This document shows, piece by piece, positions 37,259-47,877 of a DNA stretch of 64,000 nt. Under the pieces are notes generated by a model that was not told the origin of the DNA, did not search any database, and saw nothing but the letters and a program-made list of their open reading frames with translations. Position numbers and translations under genes: made by a program. The stretch comes from Candidatus Peregrinibacteria bacterium (GTDB lineage: Bacteria; Patescibacteriota; Gracilibacteria; UBA1369; GCA-2718715): contig JAAZXH010000006.1 in NCBI GenBank assembly GCA_014240275.1, positions 12,749 through 76,748 of the forward strand, written 5' to 3'. Positions within the stretch are counted from its first letter, which is position 1; each line of letters starts with the position of its first letter.

Positions 37259-38170
37259 TTAACGGAAATTTTTCTGGATATAATCATATGCCATAACAGA
37301 AGCGTAAACACCTTCTCCAGCTCCAATGATAGCTTGTTTAAATTTTGCATCAGTTACATCACCCGCAGCAAAAAAACCAGCAATATTAGTTTCAGACTGA
37401 CGAGTAATAATCACTTCGTTACGGGCATTTAATTCTACTCCCAAATCTTGAGCCAAAGCAGAATTGGTGTTCCAACCAATTGCAATAAAAACTCCATCGA
37501 GGTCCATACGTGAACCATCTTTTAAAATAACATGTGTCATTTTATCTTCACCACAAATTTCAGCAATTTCAGTTTCATAACAGATTTCAACCTTAGGATC
37601 AGCTTCAATTCGATCTTGGTTAGTAGGCTCAGCGCGCATAAAATCCTTTCGTACCAACACATAAACCTTTTTACAATGCTGAGCTAAAATATTGGCATCT
37701 ATGGCGGCTGTGTCTCCACCACCTACCACTGCTACAGTTTTTTCCTTAAAAAAAGCTGCATCACATAAAGCACAATACGATACACCTTTATTTTTAAACT
37801 CCTCTTCACCAGGAACACCCAAATGCTTATGTTCAGTGCCAGTTGAATAAATTACCGTGCGAGACTGAAATTCTTTACCAGAAGCAATAATCACAAAAAC
37901 ATCATCCTTCTTTTCAATCTTTGTCACAGTTGAAAAATTATATTCGGCACCAGTTTCCATAGCGTGCTCTAGAAAAACTTGACCCATAGCCGGACCCGTT
38001 ATTTGCTTAATTCCAGGGTAGTTCTCCACCATGTGAGTGGTAGTAATTAAACCTCCAGGCAAGGTGGCAAAACCTAAAGTTTTTAAATTAAACCTAGCGC
38101 AATACATAGCAGCTGCCGCACCGGAAACTCCGCCTCCAACTACTATTGCATCATATATTTCTGTATTCAT
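37259..38170 (-). CDS. trxB: Thioredoxin-disulfide reductase
   Basis: FAD motif VVGGGVSGAAAAMY, redox CALC (CxxC) motif, NADPH motif VVGGGDTA, and C-terminal GFFAAGD. Confidence 0.9.
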   Translation of the reverse strand: MNTEIYDAIVVGGGVSGAAAAMYCARFNLKTLGFATLPGGLITTTHMVENYPGIKQITGPAMGQVFLEHAMETGAEYNFSTVTKIEKKDDVFVIIASGKEFQSRTVIYSTGTEHKHLGVPGEEEFKNKGVSYCALCDAAFFKEKTVAVVGGGDTAAIDANILAQHCKKVYVLVRKDFMRAEPTNQDRIEADPKVEICYETEIAEICGEDKMTHVILKDGSRMDLDGVFIAIGWNTNSALAQDLGVELNARNEVIITRQSETNIAGFFAAGDVTDAKFKQAIIGAGEGVYASVMAYDYIQKNFR

Positions 38171-38269
38171 TTTATTAATTAAGTACCTAAACTTTATATC
38201 ACAAATAAGACTTTTAGGCTATTGGATTTTCGAATCATCTCAGCTAAAATTAAAACAAAAAACACTAAC

Positions 38270-39040
38270 ATGAACAAATTATTTAGAACTAAAAGAAAAA
38301 CAAAAAGACGTAAAACTAAATTTTTGAAAATATGTCTAAGCCTAATTGGATTATTATTATTTATCTTTGGTATTTTACTTTTTAGTCCCTTAGGTGAAGT
38401 ACAGAAAATCTACATCAGTCAAAATCAAGAAATCAATAACGCTAAAAAACTAAAAACCGTACTTTTAAGTCTAAAAGGCAAAAAACTACTTTTACTGAAC
38501 CCAAAACAAATCAAACAGTTTTTACATACCCAAATTCCAAACCTAAAAAATTTAAAAATTAAAAAAAGTTATCCAAATAAGCTCTATATTCTATTCGATA
38601 CCTTCGACTTAAGCTTTAAAATCAACGACAACCTCTACCTAGACCAAACAGGAACCTTAATTGAAACTAACTTTCAAAACGCAAAACAAACCCCAAATTT
38701 ACCTGAATTGATTTTAACTCCTAACCAAAACTTAAAAGCCTTAGACCAAGTCTTAAACCAAGAACAAGTAAAAAGAATGCAAGAAACGCTAGATTATTTT
38801 AAAAAAATCATCAATCTTGAAATTAAACAGATCGAATATAAAATTATTCCTAAAGAACTTCACCTAAAAACTCCACTAGGAACCAAAATTTGGATAGATA
38901 CCACCTACGATTTTAAACCACAAATTAACAAACTTAAAAACTCAATTCCTAAAATTGATGTTCGAAACACTTACTACAAACATATAGACTTAAGGATTCG
39001 AAGCAAAAAAGCACAAAAAATATTTTACAAACCAGCTTAA
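38270..39040 (+). CDS. FtsQ/DivIB-like protein (TM + POTRA)
   Basis: The start is moved to MNKLFRTKRKTKRRK. Basic N-terminus, one TM, then a POTRA-like VQKIYISQNQEI...LKNLKIKKSYPNKLYILF. Not adjacent to ftsA or ftsZ. Confidence 0.5.
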   Translation: MNKLFRTKRKTKRRKTKFLKICLSLIGLLLFIFGILLFSPLGEVQKIYISQNQEINNAKKLKTVLLSLKGKKLLLLNPKQIKQFLHTQIPNLKNLKIKKSYPNKLYILFDTFDLSFKINDNLYLDQTGTLIETNFQNAKQTPNLPELILTPNQNLKALDQVLNQEQVKRMQETLDYFKKIINLEIKQIEYKIIPKELHLKTPLGTKIWIDTTYDFKPQINKLKNSIPKIDVRNTYYKHIDLRIRSKKAQKIFYKPA

Positions 39041-39096
39041 ACAAACCTTGTAAAATACTAATTTAATGCTAAAATAACAGAGTTTTAAAAAAACTT

Positions 39097-40068
39097 ATGT
39101 TCCGTTGGAAAGATTTTTCAGCCAAACACAAACCAATGATATTACTAGCTCCTATGGAGGGTTATACCGACAGTGCATATCGCCAACTGGTAAAAAGTGT
39201 TGAACCAAGTGTAGTTTGCTACACGGAATTTACTAGTAGCGATGGTCTTAAATATGGAAGTCGAAGATCTTTTCAAAAAATAGATTTTAAAGAAGACGAA
39301 CGACCGCTGATTGCACAAATTTTTGGGAAAAACCCAGAACACTTTGGGGAATGTGCGAAAATGCTAGAAGAAATGGGCGTAGATGGAATCGACATCAACA
39401 TGGGGTGTCCATCTGGTAAAGTGATAAATTCCTGCCACGGTTCGGCACTTTTTAAATTCCCAAAATTAGCCTGCGATATCGTAGAAGCTACAGCCAAAGC
39501 CACCAAACTCGACGTCAGCGTCAAAATGCGCTTAGGCTTTAGTCATTTGGATATCAACGACTTACTTCCCTTCACCAAAGGCCTAGAAAACAGCGGCTGC
39601 AAACACCTTGCTATTCACGGAAGAACTACCAAACAAAAATATACTGGGCTGGCTGACTTTGAACCAATTTATATTATCAAAGAACATTTAACCATTCCAG
39701 TTTCCGGCAATGGCGACATTAAAAGCTTTGCAGACGCACAAGACAAACTCAAAAATCTAGATGGGCTTATGATAGGTAGAGCTACCTACGGAAACCCATG
39801 GGTAATGAAAGAAATAGTAGAAGGTTTCAAAGGCAATACATATAATGGACCAAAAACCTTTCTAGAAAAACTTCCAACCATCTACAACCAACTACGTCTA
39901 GCAGTCGACTTTAAAGGTGAAAGAGTGGGCATTCTTGAAATGCGTAAACATCTTGCCAACTATATCAAAGATTTCCCAGGAGCTTCCAAATACCGATTCG
40001 AACTAGTTCGTGTCAACACTGAACAAGAAGCCGTTAATATTTTAGAAGAAATCAAAAAAAGCCTCTAA
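39097..40068 (+). CDS. dus: tRNA-dihydrouridine synthase
   Basis: LAPMEGYTDSAYR, DINMGCP and HGRT motifs. Confidence 0.9.
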   Translation: MFRWKDFSAKHKPMILLAPMEGYTDSAYRQLVKSVEPSVVCYTEFTSSDGLKYGSRRSFQKIDFKEDERPLIAQIFGKNPEHFGECAKMLEEMGVDGIDINMGCPSGKVINSCHGSALFKFPKLACDIVEATAKATKLDVSVKMRLGFSHLDINDLLPFTKGLENSGCKHLAIHGRTTKQKYTGLADFEPIYIIKEHLTIPVSGNGDIKSFADAQDKLKNLDGLMIGRATYGNPWVMKEIVEGFKGNTYNGPKTFLEKLPTIYNQLRLAVDFKGERVGILEMRKHLANYIKDFPGASKYRFELVRVNTEQEAVNILEEIKKSL

Positions 40069-40080
40069 GAGGCTTTTTTA
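40054..40080. terminator. Bidirectional rho-independent terminator overlapping the dus stop codon
   Basis: AAAAAAAGCCTC-TAA-GAGGCTTTTTT; the loop TAA is the dus stop codon. Convergent genes lie on both sides. Confidence 0.65.
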
Positions 40081-40082
40081 AT

Positions 40083-42269
40083 TTATGCCGCTCTCCTGAA
40101 TACATCTCTTATTTTATCATGAATAACTTCCTCCGGATGATCATGAACCACTGTAGATATTCCAGATTTATTTAAACGAACTATCGTCAAATTAAATACC
40201 ATATTGATCTCTTCATATATAGCTGTAAAATCTTTTAAATTAGTATTTAAAGCTTGTTTAGCTTGATCATGTAAACTCGCTATTTTACGAATAATATCTT
40301 CCATTTGCAATTCCGAATCTTCATCTTTACGCAAAACCATAGTAATTTTACCTGAATAAACCATGTCTTTCAAACTCTCAACTAAACCATCATTTAAATC
40401 TCGTTCTTTATAACCAAAGGCAAGAGCTAAAGACTTAATACCTTTATCGAATATGTCTTCTAATAAAGCTTCTTGTGATTCAATTGTATTAGCAATTTCG
40501 TCATTTTTATCGTCTTCCAATCCTTTAAACATACCATAATTAGCTTTAGTATCAGACAAATCACCTAACACAGACAAATCTCTTTGCAATTTAATTTCAA
40601 CCGTTTCTATCTGACCAGAAATACGAGTTACCTGAACTAAAGAATCAGCCTCTCTAGCAAAATTCAGCATTTCATACTTTCGAATTAATTCTAACCAATT
40701 TTCTTGAAATGCAGCTGTATTTTTACGCAAACACAAAGTCGAATTCATTCCATCCAACTTATTAAACATCCTATCATACAACTCAACAAAATGAGCATGC
40801 AACTGTGCAGATTCAGACGTTCGAGATTTACGATTCCTATACATTCCATCTAAAAACTTAAAACGAAACTGATCAATTTCGGCGGCTACATGGTCAAAAA
40901 TTTTATCCAAAGTAGATTCACTATCTAACATATTAAATCTTCTAGAAAAAACAGATAGCTTATCAACCGCATTTGGATAAGCAGGGTTGATTCTGCGAAC
41001 AGCTGAATTTAAATTCATAAATAAATCTAAAGCCTCTAACTTTTTATCAACTAACTCTAAACCAGATTCAACTTTATCAAAAATCTTAGAAAAATGATCA
41101 TTTAACAACTTAATACTTAAAAAATCAGCATCCTTAAATTGACTCAAATGTTTGTGAACTGCAGTTAAAGCAGATTTGTTTTTTTGTAAAACAGACACAT
41201 CAACCCCCCTTTTAACAGTACGTAGTACCTTAGAAAGACTTTCTAAACCTTTGTTATAAGGAGCAAATTCTTCTAACTTAAAATTATATTCATTAACTCT
41301 GTTTTGACGGCTCTGATCAAACTGAGTACGATGAGTTAAATTATAATTACCAAAAACTTGCTGAGAATCAACAGCCATCAAAGCCTCTAGATCAGAACCA
41401 AGATCACGAACACCATTAAAATCCTTTACTCTGTCTAGCTTCTTAGTAAAATCTTTTAAATAATCTTCTACCTTAGATACCTTTAAATCTTCTGCTTCTG
41501 AATTTAAAATCTCTTGATTCTTAATTACCGCTCTTATATAAAAAACCGGTACTTCTTTAATAGTATTCCCAAGTTGCATTTTAACCATACCTGGTTGTTC
41601 ACTCATGCCAACCAACTCATACTTAGCACCTGGGTTGGAGTTATCTATCCCTTTGTAATAACGCATCCTAAAACCATGATTCTTAAAAACAACGGCTCTT
41701 TTAATTTGAGATACGAACTCATCTTGATCTAAAGTAAATATTCCATTTTCAGAAGTAAAACGAAATATAAAGCCACCAGTTTCTGGGTTCTTCTTTGTAT
41801 CAATCAATTTAATATCTGAAGTGATTTCCCCAATTTCTGGATGTGAAAAAACACCAACCGATAAATCTATCTTATAAGCAGTAGAAAATTTATTTAATAC
41901 CAACTGACTCATTTCATAACCTTTTACTAAACCTTTTAATCTATCTAAATTATAGGTAACATCCTTTGTAAAATTCATAAAATATTCACCATCCTCAACT
42001 CTAACGTGCTTTAATTCAGCATTATCATAAAATTGTTCAGTATAAGGGCAATAAAAACTTAAAGGTTTATCTAAACCGTTCTCCTTCAAAAAACTTGCAT
42101 GTTCTAACGTAGTAGGTACTACATCTTCTCGAATCAATTGCTCTTTAGAGGAATCTAAACCTTTTTCCAAATTAATTTCTCTATCAGAATTATCTATCTT
42201 TGCAGACTTAGCAAGTACCTCTTTAAAAGCTTGCAACTTATTCAGATCGAATCTTTTCATTTGATTCAT
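40083..42269 (-). CDS. Hypothetical large soluble protein (~728 aa)
   Basis: Intact ORF. The track start is TTG; the first ATG gives MNQMKRFDL. N-terminal ~270 aa looks beta-rich, the rest is long and helical. No motif recognised. Confidence 0.6.
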   Translation of the reverse strand: MNQMKRFDLNKLQAFKEVLAKSAKIDNSDREINLEKGLDSSKEQLIREDVVPTTLEHASFLKENGLDKPLSFYCPYTEQFYDNAELKHVRVEDGEYFMNFTKDVTYNLDRLKGLVKGYEMSQLVLNKFSTAYKIDLSVGVFSHPEIGEITSDIKLIDTKKNPETGGFIFRFTSENGIFTLDQDEFVSQIKRAVVFKNHGFRMRYYKGIDNSNPGAKYELVGMSEQPGMVKMQLGNTIKEVPVFYIRAVIKNQEILNSEAEDLKVSKVEDYLKDFTKKLDRVKDFNGVRDLGSDLEALMAVDSQQVFGNYNLTHRTQFDQSRQNRVNEYNFKLEEFAPYNKGLESLSKVLRTVKRGVDVSVLQKNKSALTAVHKHLSQFKDADFLSIKLLNDHFSKIFDKVESGLELVDKKLEALDLFMNLNSAVRRINPAYPNAVDKLSVFSRRFNMLDSESTLDKIFDHVAAEIDQFRFKFLDGMYRNRKSRTSESAQLHAHFVELYDRMFNKLDGMNSTLCLRKNTAAFQENWLELIRKYEMLNFAREADSLVQVTRISGQIETVEIKLQRDLSVLGDLSDTKANYGMFKGLEDDKNDEIANTIESQEALLEDIFDKGIKSLALAFGYKERDLNDGLVESLKDMVYSGKITMVLRKDEDSELQMEDIIRKIASLHDQAKQALNTNLKDFTAIYEEINMVFNLTIVRLNKSGISTVVHDHPEEVIHDKIRDVFRRAA

Positions 42270-42415
42270 AGTAAATATTAAATACAGGAGAATCTTACTA
42301 CAAAACAAATATCAATCAATCAACCTTAGGACAAAAACAGAATAATAATATAATTCAGACATTTATCTAGAAATATTTATAAAAACATGATACAATAATA
42401 AGAACCAAATAAGTT

Positions 42416-43456
42416 ATGGAAATTAAAAAAATCTTACAAACCGCAGTCAACTACAAAGCATCTGACGTTTACATAAGTCAAGGGATTAAGCCGTTTCTAA
42501 GGATAAACGGTAAGCTACATGAAATTGCACAACACGAAAAAGTTGACAAAGGACTCATAGAGTCCTACATAAAAGAGCTTTTAAGTAAAGAGCAAATAAA
42601 TAAGTTTGCAAATTCTAGAGATTATGATCTAGCTATAGAAATTAAAGACCTAGGGCGTTTTCGTGTCAACCTCTTCTGCCAAAAAAATGGTTACGGAATA
42701 GTACTACGCAATATTCCAGAAGAAATACTAAGTATCGATCAGTTAAATCTACCAAACCAAATCAAAAAGATCGCTGAACTCAAACAAGGAATAGTTTTAG
42801 TTACAGGACCAACCGGACAGGGTAAATCAACGACGATGGCCGCCATAATAAACGAAATCAACGAAAACAAAAAATACAACATCATCACTATTGAAGACCC
42901 AATTGAATTTGTGTATAAAAACAAATCATCCATTATCCAACAAAGAGAAATCGGCACCCATACAAACAATTTTCAAACAGCTCTAAAAAGCGCTCTGCGT
43001 GAAAGTTGTGACGTTATCTTAATTGGAGAAATGCGTGACCCAGAAACAATTCAACTAGCACTAACAGCAGCAGAAACAGGGCATTTAGTAATATCAACAC
43101 TACATACCTCAGGTGCTGCAAAAACTATTGATAGAATTATAGATTCATTTGAAACTAATAAACAAAATCAAATCAGAAACCAAATTTCAGAATCTCTCAG
43201 AACTGTCATTTGGCAACAACTTTTACCAAGTATAGATGGAAAAAGTCGTGTGGCAGCCCTTGAAATCATGAACAAAAACGAAGCTATTGGAAACCTTATT
43301 CGCAAGAACAAAACGTTTCAAATTGCATCTGTTATCGAAACCAACGTTCAAAAAGGAATGGTAAGTATGAAAAAAAGTATAGAAAATCACTTAGCAACCG
43401 GATTCATTTCGTCAGACGTAGCAGAAAAATACATCCAAGGTCTTGGTTTAAACTAA
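42416..43456 (+). CDS. pilT: Type IV pilus retraction ATPase PilT
   Basis: Walker A GPTGQGKSTT, IITIEDPIEF, Walker B ILIGEMRD, His box TGHLVISTLHT. An extended -10 (TGATACAAT) is at 42388-42396. Confidence 0.92.
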   Translation: MEIKKILQTAVNYKASDVYISQGIKPFLRINGKLHEIAQHEKVDKGLIESYIKELLSKEQINKFANSRDYDLAIEIKDLGRFRVNLFCQKNGYGIVLRNIPEEILSIDQLNLPNQIKKIAELKQGIVLVTGPTGQGKSTTMAAIINEINENKKYNIITIEDPIEFVYKNKSSIIQQREIGTHTNNFQTALKSALRESCDVILIGEMRDPETIQLALTAAETGHLVISTLHTSGAAKTIDRIIDSFETNKQNQIRNQISESLRTVIWQQLLPSIDGKSRVAALEIMNKNEAIGNLIRKNKTFQIASVIETNVQKGMVSMKKSIENHLATGFISSDVAEKYIQGLGLN

Positions 43457-44545
43457 TTCATATAAACCTTCTCTATTCTTTCTAAACTTATTCTTTTTCG
43501 AAGAAAGGTTGATTTGAATCGTAATTGGTTTTACCTTACGCATTTTTAAAACTTCATCAGTAAGTTGTGCCAATTGCATTGGACCTTTTTTAGACAAAAT
43601 ACTTTCTAACACATCAGATACAGTACCTTCTTTAAAACCCCAACTGCGCATTGCGTAAATACCTCTACCAATCAAAACAAATTTTTTATTAGAAATTAAT
43701 TCATTATTAACAGCTTGCATTGAAACTTTCTTTTGGTCAAACATTTGACCTTCTATTTTTTCAACAATTTTAAGAAAATGCATTGGTTCTTTTTGTAAAT
43801 TCAAAACAAATTCTACCTTATCACTTAAGGTTCTTGGATTTACATGTCTCCAAGACACTAAACTATACCCATGTTCATTTAAAAAGATTCTACGATCTAA
43901 ACATAAAATAGAATATAAAGTATTATTAGAAAAGTGTATATAATTTGTTTTAACTTGTTTTTTAATTGCTTTAAACAATTCATCTTCAGTCATTAATTGC
44001 ATTTCAGAATTTAAAATTTTCATTGCTACAGTAGTAACCTCTTTGATCTGCTTAAAAGCAATGGAATTTAAGCGAAAATGGGGTAAAAAATCTACTTTAT
44101 TATATTCCTGAGTAATTCTATCATCCAAAATCAAAGCTACTTTTAAAATAGCGTATGAACCATTTTTATTCTCATAATTAAACTTTAAAAATTCCGCAAT
44201 TTGAGAATCAAGCACCAAACCACCACAATGCATCACAAACTTCATGAATGCGGCATGTAAAACGTGCAAATCTGTTTCTATTGCAGATTTAGATAACTTT
44301 TTAATTGCTGAAACCTGTATTTGTCTTACTCGTTCACGAGTTATACCCAAACTATCACCAATTGCTGCTAAAGTACGAGGTGTTTCAGAAAACAAACCAT
44401 ACCTCTGCTTTAAAACCATCTGTTCTTTTTCATTCAAAACATCCATTAAACCATAAAAAATTTCAACTGGGTGACAATCAGCCCCCTGTAATATTCCATC
44501 GAAAATTGATAAGTCCAAACGACCAATGTATGAATGTGCAAGCAT
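43448..44545 (-). CDS. Sigma-70 region-4-only protein fused to two HARE-HTH-like domains
   Basis: N-terminal EKEQMVLKQRYGL...RTLAAIGDSLGITRERVRQIQVSAIKKL (regions 4.1/4.2) with no region 2 or 3. Two C-terminal HARE-HTH-like units (..KKFVLIGRGIYAMRSWG; ..KNKFRKNREGLYELV). Confidence 0.6.
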   Translation of the reverse strand: MLAHSYIGRLDLSIFDGILQGADCHPVEIFYGLMDVLNEKEQMVLKQRYGLFSETPRTLAAIGDSLGITRERVRQIQVSAIKKLSKSAIETDLHVLHAAFMKFVMHCGGLVLDSQIAEFLKFNYENKNGSYAILKVALILDDRITQEYNKVDFLPHFRLNSIAFKQIKEVTTVAMKILNSEMQLMTEDELFKAIKKQVKTNYIHFSNNTLYSILCLDRRIFLNEHGYSLVSWRHVNPRTLSDKVEFVLNLQKEPMHFLKIVEKIEGQMFDQKKVSMQAVNNELISNKKFVLIGRGIYAMRSWGFKEGTVSDVLESILSKKGPMQLAQLTDEVLKMRKVKPITIQINLSSKKNKFRKNREGLYELV

Positions 44546-44654
44546 ATAAAATATGTTAATAACTATATATTAAGTTAAATCTCTAAAGCGAAAATGTCAA
44601 CAAGGCTAGTGCATTTTAACAAAATGCTTGTTTTCCGCTTTCTCAAGGTGTATA

Positions 44655-45449
44655 ATGATAGTGTTGACATTTATTAACAACGGAACATTGCTCTGGCAAG
44701 TATTAACTAATATCGGATTAACAGAAAAAGAAGCCAAAATCTATTTAACCCTGCTCACCACAGGTGCACAACCCGCATCGATAGTGGCAAAAAAAGCTGG
44801 ATTAAATAGAACTACCACTTACCTAAATTTAGAAGAACTTAAAAACAAAGGACTAGTCAATACTTCTAACAAAGGGAAGCTTTATCTTTTTCAAGCCAAC
44901 GACCCGGCATGTCTAGAAAAATTCATTGAAAGTGAGAAACAACAAATCATGAAAAAAGAATTCCTACTACAAAACAACATCCCCTACATTAAACGTTTAA
45001 TTCAAAACAACACCCCAAAACCAAAAGCTGAAACTCACGAAGGCTTCAAGTCAGTACAATCCTTACTCCTAGAAATGCTACGACCTTCCACCGAAATTTG
45101 CTGTTACTTCAATTTTGAAACTCTTCCCCCCAATTTAAGAGTTTTTTTTGAAAAAGATTTATTTGCCAAACGCTTACGACTTAAAATCCCAATCAAAATC
45201 ATTAGCGACGCAAGCATCAAAACTCACAAACTCTACGTACAATCCCAAAACCCTAAATTTAAATCTAAAATTAAAATCATAGACCAATCCATTATGGAAG
45301 AAGGATCTATGTTTTTAACAGACAACAAAACCATTATGTTAAACTTCAACGATGAACATAACGTCTACGGAAACCTGATTGAAAACAACTCTTGCTCAAA
45401 GATCCTACACCACAATTTTCAACAAATCTGGAACCAAGCTACTGACTAG
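44655..45449 (+). CDS. TrmB-family transcriptional regulator
   Basis: N-terminal wHTH IGLTEKEAKIYLTLLTTGAQPASIVAKKAGLNRTTTYLNLEELKNKGLV. The start is uncertain: track TTG at 44628, first ATG at 44655, and a TATAAT at 44651-44656 overlaps that ATG. Confidence 0.7.
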   Translation: MIVLTFINNGTLLWQVLTNIGLTEKEAKIYLTLLTTGAQPASIVAKKAGLNRTTTYLNLEELKNKGLVNTSNKGKLYLFQANDPACLEKFIESEKQQIMKKEFLLQNNIPYIKRLIQNNTPKPKAETHEGFKSVQSLLLEMLRPSTEICCYFNFETLPPNLRVFFEKDLFAKRLRLKIPIKIISDASIKTHKLYVQSQNPKFKSKIKIIDQSIMEEGSMFLTDNKTIMLNFNDEHNVYGNLIENNSCSKILHHNFQQIWNQATD

Positions 45450-47829
45450 GAGTTTGTACAAACATTGCAAACAAGGTGTTCACATAAGAAGTCTCAATGG
45501 TATATACCAAAGATTGAAATTTATGATAACCAATGTTCTTATATTCTAACAATGGATCTTTTTGACCATATGCCTGCAAAGCCACATTTTGTCGCAAGTA
45601 CTGCATATCATCAATGTGTTCCATCCACAAAGTATCGATTGTATTTAAATAAACCATACGTTCCAAACGTTTCAGTTTTTCTTGATCCGTAGCAGCCGAC
45701 GACAAACGTCTATATTCATGATTAAAAAAGTCATAAATATTTACTTTCAATTGACTTGGATCCTGGGTTTGAATTTGAAAATCAGAATTAAAACGATGAA
45801 TAGCATTCACACTTTCTACTATCTCTTTATGATCCATACCTTTATCACCAATATGGTTATCAACTATTGAGTCTGCTGTGAGCTTAAACGCGCCATCCAT
45901 CATCTCACTTAAATCCTTGGCCTCTAAAATCACTCGTCGCTTTTTATAAATAATTTCGCGATGATAATTAATTACATCATCGTATTCAACAATATGCTTT
46001 CTAATATCAAAATTTCTACCCTCTACCCTTCTTTGAGCTTTTTCAATAGAAGAAGATATAAATCTATTTTCAATCGGCATATCATCTGGAATATTTAAAG
46101 TCTGCATTACAGCCTTTACTCTGTCTCCTCCAAAAATACGCATCAAATCATCATCCATGCTCAAATAAAAACGGGATTCTCCAGGGTCTCCTTGCCGTCC
46201 AGAACGACCTCGCAACTGGTTATCTATCCTACGACTTTCATGCCTTTCTGAACCTATTACACACAATCCATGTTCTGCAATTTCGGGGTCTAATTTAATA
46301 TCCGTACCACGGCCAGCCATATTAGTAGCAATAGTAACCGCACCCTTTTTACCAGCCTCGGCCACAATTTCAGCTTCTCTAGCATGCTGCTTAGCATTCA
46401 GTACGTGATGCTTGATCTTTAAGGCTTTTAAATGCTTTGAAAGCTGCTCAGACTTCTCAACCGAAACCGTTCCTATCAAAATAGGCTGACCAATTTCATT
46501 CTTTTCTTGAACCGTTTTTGCAATCGCTGTAAATTTACCCTGCTCATTTTTAAAGATCAAATCATTCATATCGTTCCGAGCAATTGGCTTATTAGTTGGA
46601 ACGACAACTGTGTTCAAACCATAGATCTTGTAAAACTCTTCCTTTTCAGTTTCTGCAGTTCCCGTCATACCAGATAATTTATCAAATAAACGGAAATAAT
46701 TTTGAAAAGTAATACTAGCTAAAGTTTTAGATTCTTTTTGAATAGCAACCCCTTCTTTAGCTTCAATAGCTTGGTGTAAACCGTCACTGTAACGACGTCC
46801 TGGCATCAAACGACCTGTAAATTCATCTACAATCACAACCTGACCTTCGTTAAGCACATAATCTACGTCTTTTTTAAACACAAAATTTGCCTTTAAAGCC
46901 TGTTCAATATTATGCATAAGACGAAAACCACCGTCTGCATATAAATTATTTAAATTCAACTTTTGCTCTAACATACGAACGCCCTCTTCAGACAAAGTCG
47001 CCACACGCATCTTTTCATCTAAATTATAGTGGGTGTTTTCTTGCATACCAGAAATCAGTTGTGTAGCAGCTAAATATTCTTTTACCGACTCTTCCTTCGG
47101 AGCTGAAATAATCAAGGGAGTTCGAGCTTCATCAATCAAAATAGAGTCTACTTCATCTACAATTGCATAATGCAAGTCTCTTTGAACTACGTTTTCAAAG
47201 TCTAACGCCATGTTGTCACGCAAATAATCAAAACCAAACTCATTATTAGTACCATAAGTTATGTCCGCCTGATACATTTGCTTTTTGATTGTAAAGTCTT
47301 GTCCAGGAACAACACAACTGACACTTAAGCCTAAAAATTCATATAAATAACCCATCCACTGAGAATCACGAGTTGCCAAGTAATCATTAACGGTTACCAC
47401 ATACACTCCACGGCCAGTAAGTGCATTTAAAAAGGCTGGCATGGTACAAACTAAAGTTTTACCTTCCCCAGTTTTCATTTCCGCAATTAACCCTTTATGC
47501 AAAACATAAGCACCTATTAATTGGACATCAAATGGTACCATTTTCCATTCCACATCATTTCCAGCAACTTCCATTACTCTCCCACATAAAAATTTACATG
47601 CTGCTTTCACAAGGGCAAAAGCTTCTGGCATAATTTCATCTAAAGACTCTCCCTTTTGAACTCTTTCTCTAAATTCTGCAGTTTTAGTTTTAAAATCCTC
47701 CTCAGACTCTAAAACATTTAAATAATCCTGATAATGCGTTTCAACTAATGGTAAGATCGCACGGGCTTCTTTTAAAGACTTCGAATTAGTATCACCTGCA
47801 ATCCACTCTGCTATTTTTTTTATAACCAT
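45439..47829 (-). CDS. secA: Preprotein translocase ATPase SecA
   Basis: Full DEAD-motor, PPXD and HSD architecture (MKTGEGKTL, DEVDSILIDEARTPLIIS, TNMAGRGTDI). 796 aa, with no C-terminal zinc-binding tail. Confidence 0.97.
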   Translation of the reverse strand: MVIKKIAEWIAGDTNSKSLKEARAILPLVETHYQDYLNVLESEEDFKTKTAEFRERVQKGESLDEIMPEAFALVKAACKFLCGRVMEVAGNDVEWKMVPFDVQLIGAYVLHKGLIAEMKTGEGKTLVCTMPAFLNALTGRGVYVVTVNDYLATRDSQWMGYLYEFLGLSVSCVVPGQDFTIKKQMYQADITYGTNNEFGFDYLRDNMALDFENVVQRDLHYAIVDEVDSILIDEARTPLIISAPKEESVKEYLAATQLISGMQENTHYNLDEKMRVATLSEEGVRMLEQKLNLNNLYADGGFRLMHNIEQALKANFVFKKDVDYVLNEGQVVIVDEFTGRLMPGRRYSDGLHQAIEAKEGVAIQKESKTLASITFQNYFRLFDKLSGMTGTAETEKEEFYKIYGLNTVVVPTNKPIARNDMNDLIFKNEQGKFTAIAKTVQEKNEIGQPILIGTVSVEKSEQLSKHLKALKIKHHVLNAKQHAREAEIVAEAGKKGAVTIATNMAGRGTDIKLDPEIAEHGLCVIGSERHESRRIDNQLRGRSGRQGDPGESRFYLSMDDDLMRIFGGDRVKAVMQTLNIPDDMPIENRFISSSIEKAQRRVEGRNFDIRKHIVEYDDVINYHREIIYKKRRVILEAKDLSEMMDGAFKLTADSIVDNHIGDKGMDHKEIVESVNAIHRFNSDFQIQTQDPSQLKVNIYDFFNHEYRRLSSAATDQEKLKRLERMVYLNTIDTLWMEHIDDMQYLRQNVALQAYGQKDPLLEYKNIGYHKFQSLVYTIETSYVNTLFAMFVQTPSQ

Positions 47830-47877
47830 ATAAAATTTTAATCATTAATACTCTAAAGCAATGCAAATATTTTGCAA

